Shown here one piece after another: positions 39,588 through 49,912 of a stretch of 64,000 bases of DNA. Below the pieces are notes generated by a model. The model searched no databases and was not told the DNA's origin. It saw only the letters and a list, made by a program, of their open reading frames with translations. Source of the DNA: Octopus bimaculoides (Eukaryota); the NCBI RefSeq assembly GCF_001194135.2, contig NC_069006.1, positions 11,365,088 through 11,429,087 of the forward strand, given 5' to 3'. Position 1 is the first letter of the stretch. Every line of letters starts with the position of its first letter. The translations under genes and the position numbers were made by a program.

Positions 39588-39696
39588 GAGACCACTATGT
39601 GGACTGCTAATGTGCTAGAACAAGATCACTGAATGGTTCTTTGTGAACCATTCGGTGATCTTCTTCTAGCACATTAGCAGTCCACTTAGTGGTCTC
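39588..39696. repeat. 109-bp hairpin with ~52-bp arms and 5-nt loop
   Basis: gagaccactatgtggactgctaatgtgctagaacaagatcactgaatggttc-tttgt-gaaccattcggtgatcttcttctagcacattagcagtccacttagtggtctc. Confidence 0.88.
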
Positions 39697-39700
39697 CTTT

Positions 39701-39930
39701 AGGGTGTTCAAAAAGTCTCTCCGCAGTAATTATTTAATGGTTTTTGGGCGATTCTTGTACACTGATCCTTTACTTGCTCCCTAGAAAAAAAATCTGGCGA
39801 TGTTAAATCAGGTGATCTTGGTGACCAAAGTTTCTTCGAAATAATCCGTTCACTGAAAAACTCTTTAAGTATCACCATGGTGATGCGCAGGACGAAAAGA
39901 TTCACCGTGGAGAGACTTTTTGAACACCCT
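39701..39930 (-). mobile_element. Mariner deletion derivative with the same TIR family as 20833
   Basis: TIR agggtgttcaaaaagtctctcc / ggagagactttttgaacaccct. The interior encodes LWSPRSPDLTSPDFF. Confidence 0.8.
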
Positions 39931-40278
39931 CAACACACGCACACATCACCCTAACATGCTCATATACATGCAACAGTCAATACATTCAACATATCTCCCT
40001 GTGTGTTATGAGATTACAGGATTATGGCCAACCTTGTGCTACACAACAACAACAACAAAACCATTTTATATTCCAATTTTTATTACAATACAATTTTTTT
40101 TTTTTAATTTTGTCATTCTTCTCTTGTTGGTTTATCGATATCATGTGTATGTGTGTATATATACATATTATGTGTGTGTCAATATATGTATATAGATATT
40201 TTGCATACATACATACTACTACACCAACACACGCATATATATATATATATATCTATATACACACACACCAGTGGTATA

Positions 40279-40754
40279 CAGGGTATCCCAAAATTAACTA
40301 TTTTAGTGAAATCAGACAATTCTTTTAAAAACTGATTTTTATTTTTCATGTTTGATGTGTTAAAAGTGTATAAATTTATTTTTTTTATAATTTTATTTTC
40401 ATTCCTGTTGGGTCTCACTTATTGGTCCACAACATCTTTTTTTTTCAATTTGGCTGCAATTATTTTCTCTATGCCCACCCCCAGGCTGGAGCAACAGTTT
40501 AGCTGAACTTAAAGAACACATTCAGTCAGCAGTGCAGGAGATAATTCCTGAAATGCTTCAAAATGTGTTTCGCAATGTTAAGGATAGATTTGAAATTTGC
40601 AGGGATTCAGAAGAAGCACATGTTGAAAAGTTTCAATGAAGATTTATAAATCTATTTGTTTGGGTATCATGATTAAGTAATAAACATAAAATTTTGTCAG
40701 TTTTTAAAAAAAATTGCCCGATTTCATTGAAATAGTTGATTCTGGGACACCCTG
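40279..40754 (+). mobile_element. Internally deleted mariner-like element
   Basis: TA-cagggtatcccaaaattaactatt ... aatagttgattctgggacaccctg-TA. The interior encodes a transposase C-terminus, LAELKEHIQSAVQEIIPEMLQNVF. Confidence 0.85.
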
Positions 40755-41664
40755 TATTATATATATACATCATCGAGATTGCATACGTTTTATATACCAC
40801 AGGTGTACACACTGTGAAATGATACTGTGTAACAAGAAGATTATATAGACTGAAAGTTATTAAGGTAATAAAAAAAACAAAAACAAAAGACACTGAACAA
40901 TGGCGTACAGCAAGGAGGCATTTTGTTTTCTGCCGAAGCAAAGATGACAGGAGTTCGAAACCTTGGCCAACAAACAGATACAGAGGAGATATCGTCTTTT
41001 TATTCTTATAGAGCTGGCAGATGTGTTGAGAGGAAGAAATAAAGAAAAAAAGGAAAANNNNNNNNNNNNNNNNNNNNNNNNNNNNNNNNNNNNNNNNNNN
41101 NNNNNNNNNNNNNNNNNNNNNNNNNNNNNNNNNNNNNNNNNNNNNNNNNNNNNNNNNNNNNNNNNNNNNNNNNNNNNNNNNNNNNNNNNNNNNNNNNNNN
41201 NNNNNNNNNNNNNNNNNNNNNNNNNNNNNNNNNNNNNNNNNNNNNNNNNNNNNNNNNNNNNNNNNNNNNNNNNNNNNNNNNNNNNNNNNNNNNNNNNNNN
41301 NNNNNNNNNNNNNNNNNNNNNNNNNNNNNNNNNNNNNNNNNNNNNNNNNNNNNNNNNNNNNNNNNNNNNNNNNNNNNNNNNNNNNNNNNNNNNNNNNNNN
41401 NNNNNNNNNNNNNNNNNNNNNNNNNNNNNNNNNNNNNNNNNNNNNNNNNNNNNNNNNNNNNNNNNNNNNNNNNNNNNNNNNNNNNNNNNNNNNNNNNNNN
41501 NNNNNNNNNNNNNNNNNNNNNNNNNNNNNNNNNNNNNNNNNNNNNNNNNNNNNNNNNNNNNNNNNNNNNNNNNNNNNNNNNNNNNNNNNNNNNNNNNNNN
41601 NNNNNNNNNNNNNNNNNNNNNNNNNNNNNNNNNNNNNNNNNNNNNNNNNNNNNNNNNNNNNNNN

Positions 41665-41978
41665 AAAAAAAAAACCCAAAGACTAGATGCCCACCCACCT
41701 ACCTACACCAAACCAGGGTCATAGTAACCTCTACTAAAACCAGCCAGGTACCCCTAAAAACATGCCCCTAACCCTCAACTGTCATCATACCTTCCACACT
41801 GGCTACATATCCTCCTCCTCCTACTACTCTTCTTTCTCCTCCTCACCCCTGCCCCTCCCATCCCCCTATAATACTTCTGAATCCGTTAATTCCTCATTCA
41901 TCTGTTTTTTTTGTTTTTTTTTCTTCTTTGTAATGGAATCAGGTGACTGGAAGCAGCAGGTTTGATGATGTCAGGAAG
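41665..41978 (-). other. SH3BGRL: Probable non-coding terminal (3'UTR) exon of the SH3BGR-like gene, running into the N gap
   Basis: Very strong minus-strand acceptor ttcatttattc(t)ncag ending at 41979, downstream of the unpaired donor at 46777. The pairing is inferred. Confidence 0.55.
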
Positions 41979-43049
41979 CTGAAAAAAAAAGAATAAATGA
42001 ACAGGTTTTATTTTGGAGAGGAACAATTAGATACGTATTATAGAGGGAGAGACATCATCTTATATTTCAGGTGTTGGTTCTCTGAAGAATTTGTGGAGTC
42101 AGTCAACAGCTAGAAAGGGAGGGAAGGACAGTAGGTTCAAATACCACCTGGATTCACTGAAATCTCTCAAAACATGATTAAACCTTTCACTGCTATATTT
42201 CAATTAACACTGAAGTTAATGAAGAATTTGGCTGATAACTTTGTCAATATTAAACTGGTGTTTGGAACCTAAATTTAGAACACTTTACCTGTTAGTTACC
42301 ATATTTTACCTGTAAGTTACCATATTTCTGTTATAATACAGTAATCCCTTGACTATCGCGCATGTTCCTTTCCACCCCCCACCGCAATGGATGAAAATCC
42401 ATGAAGTAGAAACAGTACTGTACTGTAGATTTTTCTTGTTATTATTTTTATAATTTGTATCTATTTATTTTATTATAAATGCAAAACAACCCCACACAGT
42501 CTCCTCCCGAGTTTCATTTTCCATACAGTATGTACGATTCTTTGTTTACTCATCTGCGGTACACTATTTTCTTTTAATACATTTTAATTAATATCTCATA
42601 CAGTGCAGTACTGTACTCTATTTTCATTTATTAATTTTTAGGTGTGAAAATGCTTATTTTACCACAGAAATAATTAAAAGCTAAAAAAATATAAATACCT
42701 ATCGGCCGCAGAAAACCTCGTTATACTGAGGAGTCTGTGATATAAATTTACATATATTAGCCAGAAAAATCTGTGATGTCCTGAGGGCTCAATATGGCGA
42801 GTGATGACTGTATATTGCCTTTGTTTCAATTAATCTTGGAAATAATGAATTTAGTAAAATAACTTTTGTCAAGTTTAAGTTTGGAACCTAAATTATCAGG
42901 GAATTCTGAAGGAAGGTTTTAGTTTAGATCCCTTTAACCCTTTAGTTACCCTATTTCTGTTGTAATACACTGTCTCTGTTTCGATTTAATTTTGATAATA
43001 ATGAAGAATTTAGTAACACAACTTTTGTCAACGTTTGGAACAAATTAAC

Positions 43050-43458
43050 AGGCGCAGGAGAGGCTGTGTGGTAAGTAGCTTGCTTACCAACCGCATGGTT
43101 CCAAGTTCAGTCCCACTGCGTGGCACCTTACCTTGGGCAAGTGTCTTCTACTATAGCTTCGGGCTGACCAAAGCCGTGTGAGTGGATTTGGTAGACGGAA
43201 ACTGAAAGAAGCCCATCGTATGTATATATATATGTGTGTATGTTTGTGTGTCTGTTTGACCCCCAACATCACTTGACAACCGATGTTGGTGTGTTTACGT
43301 CCCCGTCACTTAGTGGTTCGGCAAAAGTGACCGATAGAACAAGTACTAGGCTTACAAAGAATAAGTCCTGGGGTCGCTTTCTTCAACTAAAAAAAAAAAG
43401 GCGGTGCTCCAGCATGGCCGCAGTCAAATGGCTGAAACAAGTTAAAGAGTAAAAGAGT
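43050..43458 (+). mobile_element. SINE, same family, full length
   Basis: Matches the other copies; CpGs largely retained. Confidence 0.8.
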
Positions 43459-45309
43459 ATGAAATTCTGAAGGAAGTTTTTAATTTAGATCACTTTAAAA
43501 CAGGAAGCTTTGTTTTCATCGACCCAGAAGCAGTCTGGAGCAAACGGATACGAAAAAGGTCAAATAGTTTTGTGGTGTCAAGTGTGGATGAGTGGGAAGC
43601 TGACAGGGAAATTTATTGTATCTTTTATGGCTTCAGTGATCAGACTGGAGCACCAGCTTAAAGGGGTGTTTTCTTAGTCAAACAAACTACTTCCAGTACT
43701 TAGGTTTTCTTTCTGTTTTTAAAGTCCGGTACTTATTCTATCATCCTCTTTTTGCTGAAACACCAAGAGGACATAAACAAACTAACAGCAGTCATTGGAA
43801 TGGGGGCAAACAGACACAATCCCCACCTCCATATATGTAAGTATGATGATGATTGCCTCATCTTGTCAGATTCAGCCTGGTTATTGTGATTTACTTTCAC
43901 CCTTACATTTGCATGGATATGTTTTTTTACGACATGCAGTCATTGCCATAAGACTTCTAAAATAATAAATGTGAAATTGTCTGTCTGTCTGTGTCTGTCC
44001 AGGACCCTTCTATCTCGGTCTACATTTGCTCTACAAAGACATATATCTTTTTGGTATCAGGATGATAGCAGGATTGAAAACTTGCTTCTCAAACAACCAG
44101 CATTTAGATCTGATTTAAAAGCATTTGGGTTGCTATTTCTAGCAGGTAAAACTCAGCTGATTCATGCCATCTTGGTTGGTAATGGGTGCTTTTACGTGCC
44201 ACCAGCAAGGGTGCCATTTGTGTGACACTGGTATCTGCCACAACTGAAATTTTGCTCAGCTTGATGGGTCTTCTCAAGCATGACCTAATGTGAAAGGTCT
44301 TGGCCATTGCCTCTGTAAGGCCCAACACTTGAAAGGAACTCACCCACTTTGTCTCCATGAGGCCCAGTGCTCAAAAGGATTATTTCTGATAAAGGCAGCT
44401 CTTCTAAGAGAGAGGTACTCTGACATAAAACATGCAGCCAAATTAGTATCAGTCATTTTACAATACATGTAGATATATCACTTACATTTTACTCCTTTCA
44501 GTCATTACACTATGGCCATGCTGGAGCACCACCTTGAAAAATTTTTAGTCAAACAAATCAACCCCGGTACTTTTTTGTTTCCTTTTTGAAGTGCGATACA
44601 TAGTCTATCAGAAACTTTTGCCAAACTGCTAAATTACAAGGATGTAAACACACCAACACCAGTTGTCAAGTGGTGGTGGGGGACAAACACAAAAACACAC
44701 ATATATATGACAGGCTTCTTTCTGTCTCCATCTACCAAATCTACTCACAAGGCTTTGGTCAGCCTGAGGCTATAGTAGAAGACACTTGCTGAAGGTGCCA
44801 CACAGTGAGACTGAACCCAAAACAATGAGGTTGGAATAGGGCTTCAACACAGTTTCCTTCTGGTTGCAAAGCAAGCTTCTTAACCACACAGCCATGCTGG
44901 AGCCTATAGTGAACATTATGAATGACTATAATGTAGATCGCAAACATTATAAGACAGTTTTGTAGCATTATGACAATAGTTGTGGTATACAAAGATTGAA
45001 TAACAAATATTTTAATTATTTCAGTACAATTATTTTTAGAAGAGAAAATCTGAAACAAAGCAAAGATGATGAGAGCAAAGAAAACTAGTTTCCCTACCAA
45101 ACTGGTACAGTCTGGTTTAATCCAGTCTCCATTGTCTCCCTCAACTCTACTACTAATATGTGGGTGTGACAGATATGCAAATATTTACAACATCAGACGT
45201 GGAGTTGGCTTTGCTAACCACAGATATGGTTTTGTCACTAGAAATAACCATAGCTTGAATTTACTGTATTGACTGTAGTACCTCCCATAAATTCACCTCA
45301 ATGACTGGG

Positions 45310-45560
45310 GGTAGTTAGTTCTGCCCATGCCAGATGCAGCACAATCTCCCCAATGAGCTCCGTTTTCTGCCACTGTTCTGGTCTCATTCTAGTTTCTCCA
45401 CCCATCCTGTCTCCTTTCTTTGTCAATGGTCCTTCGCCATGTGGTTTTAGGGCACCCTGCTGTTCTTCCCCTGCAGGCTGCCACCAGACAACAGCAGGCA
45501 TCAACAGAACCCAGTGACGAAAGACACAGATGCTGGAAGTGGATTGGACATGTCTCAATC
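45310..45560 (-). mobile_element. RTE-like LINE 3' fragment with an inverted piece
   Basis: The minus strand encodes G(C/R)PKTTWRRTIDKE...GW; the adjacent plus strand encodes R.WKWIGHV. Confidence 0.65.
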
Positions 45561-46786
45561 GCAGAACCATCATCATCAAACCTCCTGGACATTACTATCT
45601 CAAGACCTGGGACTCAAAGGACCAGTTACCGAGTTTCCATGATGCATACGTGACTGAGATCACAACATTTTCTCTGAACGGAACCTCCATCTGTTGCAGG
45701 TGTTACTCGTTAACAGCTGAGTGGACCACAACAACGTGAAATGAAGTGTTTTGCTTAAAAACACAACACAGTGCCCGATCTGAGAATTGAAACCACAATC
45801 TTGCAATCATAAGTACAACATCCTAACCACTAGGTTATGCACCTTCTGACTGGTACCTCCAATTAATTTACTTCATTGACTGAACTATTGATCAATCTCT
45901 TTCTACCTCAATTGTAGTACCACCTCTAGATTTTTCCATCACTGTAGTACCTCCTCTCTACATTTACTTTCAAGATTGCAGTACCATCTTTCATATTTAC
46001 CTCAACTGAGGTACCTCTACATTTACTTTAAATACAGTGGTGCCACTTCTAGACTTATTCTCAGCTTTAATGCCTCTACATTCACCTCCATGACTATGGT
46101 ACCACCTCTACACTTTCCTCAATGTGGTGCCTCATGTACCTTGATATCCATGGGACAACTATTTTTAACTCAATGTCTATAGTACCACCTTTACTTTCAC
46201 CATACCACACTGTCTGTGGTGCTTTGTCAAGAGAGGCATGTGTAAATACTTGACCTGCTAGAAATAGCAGTCAAATCTCAAACTGCACCCAACCATCTAA
46301 ATAAGGAACACACACACATGGATAATGTAGTCCTAGAGAGACTGGGTTTCAATAAAATGCAAACAATGTGGGAACACATGGCTACACACTCACACTGCTT
46401 AAAGAGTTGTGAAAGCCAGTGGAGCAACTTTTATTTGGCCACCCAACCAGCTAGAAATAACAACCAAATCTTCCTCAAATCACACCCTATCGTCTGAAAT
46501 ATGGAAAGGGTACACTGGGTAATGTAGTCTGATAAAAAGATGGGATGGTCGTGTCAGGAACGCCTAGGGGCTGACCTGGGGCTAAATAATGTGCTGTAGA
46601 GGGAGGCAGCGAGAAGAGTGTTTCAAAAAAAGTCTTTTTTATGTAAGTTAGTCAAAAGAGGAGACAATTCCCTGTCATAATCACTCTCCCAACACTGGTA
46701 AGACGTAATAGTAGTAGTAGTAGTAGTAAAAGTAGTGGTGGTGTTGGTGAGAGGAGTAGTGATAGTAATATACTTACACCAATGTT

Positions 46787-46852
46787 TCATTCAAGTTTCA
46801 GAAATTTCTTTATATCTTGGGCCTCAACAGCCTCATAAAACAGGTCGTAATC
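46787..46852 (-). CDS. SH3BGRL: SH3BGR-like final coding exon: DYDLFYEAVEAQDIKKFLKLE*
   Basis: ccgttgcag acceptor, phase 0. Matches recalled SH3BGRL3 DYELFVEAVEQNTLQEFLKLA. TGA at 46789-46787; the exon continues to a GTAAGT donor after 46778. Confidence 0.92.
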   Translation of the reverse strand, partial: DYDLFYEAVEAQDIKKFLKLE

Positions 46853-49534
46853 CTGCAACGGAGAGGAAGGAAAAAAGATTAAAAACTATTTCATTAGAAA
46901 ATTATCAGTTAATCTTTAGAGAGAAAGATTTCTTTATTTTATTTATTCATAGGTGCTGGTATGGATGCATTGGTAAAAACTTTTGCTTCTCAACCACATG
47001 GCTTCATGTTCAATCCCACTGTGTGGCACCTTGGGCAATTGTCTTCTACTATAACCCTGGGCTAACGAAAGCCTTGTGAATGGATTTGGTAGACAGAAGT
47101 GGAAAGAAGCTTCTCGTTTAGTGTGTGTGCGTGTGCGTGTGTGCGCATGCATACGTGCGTGTTTTAATGTCTCCTTGCTGTAAACAAATGACACCGTCAT
47201 GCAAATGGCATCCTTCATTCCCAGTTTTGTTTGAAATCATGTCTCGCCATGGGAAAAGATTACCTCCCTTGGAAACATGAAGGTTGGCAACAGGAAAGGC
47301 ACCCAGTCTTTGAAAATCTGTCTCAACAAACTCTGCCCAACCCATTCAAACATGGAGAGGTGGATGTTAAAACAATGATGATGATTTATATACACACCTA
47401 TACTGCGTTTACATTAATTTGATCCACCATCATCATGTGGCTTATTCTTGAATGCTTACATGAGTCAGACGGTGTTTACTGAGTCTGATTTTCTATGACC
47501 AGATATTCTTCCTGTTGCCAACCCTCACCCGTTTCCAAATGAAGTGTAACATTTCCCCATTGCCAAACATGCTTTTGCAGAATATTAGAAATGAATGACA
47601 CTGCATGTATGACAGGGACACTCATTTACAATTCTGGTGTCAAAACAAGGAAACTTCAGCAAACACACACTCACACACATGCTTTATATACAAAATAGAT
47701 GCAGGTGTGACTGAGCACTTCCCAACTACATGGTTCTGGGTTCAGTCCCACTGCATGGCACCTTGAGCAAGTGCCTTCTACTATAGCCTTGAGCAACCAA
47801 AGCCTTTTCAGCAGATTTGATAGATGGAAACTGAATGAACCCTGTCATGTGTGTGTTTTTGTCCAGCACCAGCACCACCTGACAATCAGTGTTGGCAGCT
47901 TTTTATCCTCCATAACTTAGCAATTCAGCAAAAAAAAGAAAAAACAGATACAACAAAAACTAGGCTTTAAAAAAAAGTATTGGAGCCCAATTCAATGAAC
48001 TATAATTCTTCAAGGAAGGCCTTGTAAAAGTAAGAGTATATATATGTATATATATATATATATATATNNNNNNNNNNNNNNNNNNNNNNNNNNNNNNNNN
48101 NNNNNNNNNNNNNNNNNNNNNNNNNNNNNNNNNNNNNNNNNNNNNNNNNNNNNNNNNNNNNNNNNNNNNNNNNNNNNNNNNNNNNNNNNNNNNNNNNNNN
48201 NNNNNNNNNNNNNNNNNNNNNNNNNNNNNNNNNNNNNNNNNNNNNNNNNNNNNNNNNNNNNNNNNNNNNNNNNNNNNNNNNNNNNNNNNNNNNNNNNNNN
48301 NNNNNNNNNNNNNNNNNNNNNNNNNNNNNNNNNNNNNNNNNNNNNNNNNNNNNNNNNNNNNNNNNNNNNNNNNNNNNNNNNNNNNNNNNNNNNNNNNNNN
48401 NNNNNNNNNNNNNNNNNNNNNNNNNNNNNNNNNNNNNNNNNNNNNNNNNNNNNNNNNNNNNNNNNNNNNNNNNNNNNNNNNNNNNNNNNNNNNNNNNNNN
48501 NNNNNNNNNNNNNNNNNNNNNNNNNNNNNNNNNNNNNNNNNNNNNNNNNNNNNNNNNNNNNNNNNNNNNNNNNNNNNNNNNNNNNNNNNNNNNNNNNNNN
48601 NNNNNNNNNNNNNNNNNNNNNNNNNNNNNNNNNNNNNNNNNNNNNNNNNNNNNNNNNNNNNNNNNNNNNNNNNNNNNNNNNNNNNNNNNNNNNNNNNNNN
48701 NNNNNNNNNNNNNNNNNNNNNNNNNNNNNNNNNNNNNNNNNNNNNNNNNNNNNNNNNNNNNNNNNNNNNNNNNNNNNNNNNNNNNNNNNNNNNNNNNNNN
48801 NNNNNNNNNNNNNNNNNNNNNNNNNNNNNNNNNNNNNNNNNNNNNNNNNNNNNNNNNNNNNNNNNNNNNNNNNNNNNNNNNNNNNNNNNNNNNNNNNNNN
48901 NNNNNNNNNNNNNNNNNNNNNNNNNNNNNNNNNNNNNNNNNNNNNNNNGTCCTCTGCCGCTTTGCGCAGGACTGCGCTAGATGTAAGAAAATCCTGGGTA
49001 GCCCAATCATCAGGATTCCTCTCTTGACCTTGCTGACGTAGTCCAAAGGAGTGCAGAGCATTACGTTTGGCACCAGCTTGGTTGCAGGAGCTGCCGGAAG
49101 AGTGTTGAGTCGAACACTAAACCACTTATGAGGCTCCACTTTGAATTTCTTTGAAGGCTGTCTCTTTTCTGTAACCCTAGATAGGGGCCCATACCGGGTA
49201 CTGTCAGCCGGAGCCAGCTGAACCCGGGACTCATGTCAGGCAGGGTTGTCACTCCCTGAAGTAGTGAAGAAAATCGCTACCCACTACCTACATAGGATAG
49301 AACATGCTTATATTGCAGAAAAATTTGTTAGCAACCAGCCATGAGACTCCTGGCTGGTTGCTAACAAGTTTTTCTACAATATAAGGATGTTCTATCCTAT
49401 TCATGCTATTCAGCATTATTATTATGCATTTGAAAGTAAAATATTTCCATGTCTGTATATTTCAAAACATCTCAATGCTTCTAAAAAAGTAAACTTTGGC
49501 TGTTTACATACATTGTAATATATATATAAATAAC

Positions 49535-49912
49535 TCTTTTACTTGTTTCAGTCATTTGACTGCAGCCATGCTGGAGCACCGCCTTTTAGTCGAGCAAATC
49601 AACCCCCGGACTTATTCTTTGTAAGCCTAGTACTTATTCCATCAGTCTCTTTTGCCGAACTGCTAAGTTATGGGGACGTAAACACACCAGCATTGGTTGT
49701 CAAGCGATGTTGGGGGGACAAACACAGACACACATATATATATATATATATGCATATATACAACGGGCTTCTTTCACTTTCCATCTAACAAATCCACTCA
49801 CAAGGCTTTGGTCGGCCCGAGGCTATAGTAGAAGACACTTGCTCAAGGTGTCACGCAGTGGGACTGAACCCGGAACCATGTGGTTGGTAAGCAAGTTACT
49901 TACCACACAGCC
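49535..49912 (-). mobile_element. SINE, same family, full length, low divergence
   Basis: Reverse-complement match to the family. Confidence 0.8.

Noticed and set aside
40931-40970. aagatgacaggagttcgaaacc as a hammerhead
   Set aside because: The core and stem II are too degenerate to support.
225-49139. Long ORFs of 100-380 aa in the track (e.g. 225-1127, 2781-3593, 29301-30459, 40633-41724, 48000-49139)
   Set aside because: They are open only because they cross N gaps; only the LINE part of 29443-30459 is meaningful.
48949-49330. GC-richer unique block after the gap
   Set aside because: Probably a retroelement scrap, but no motif could be assigned.
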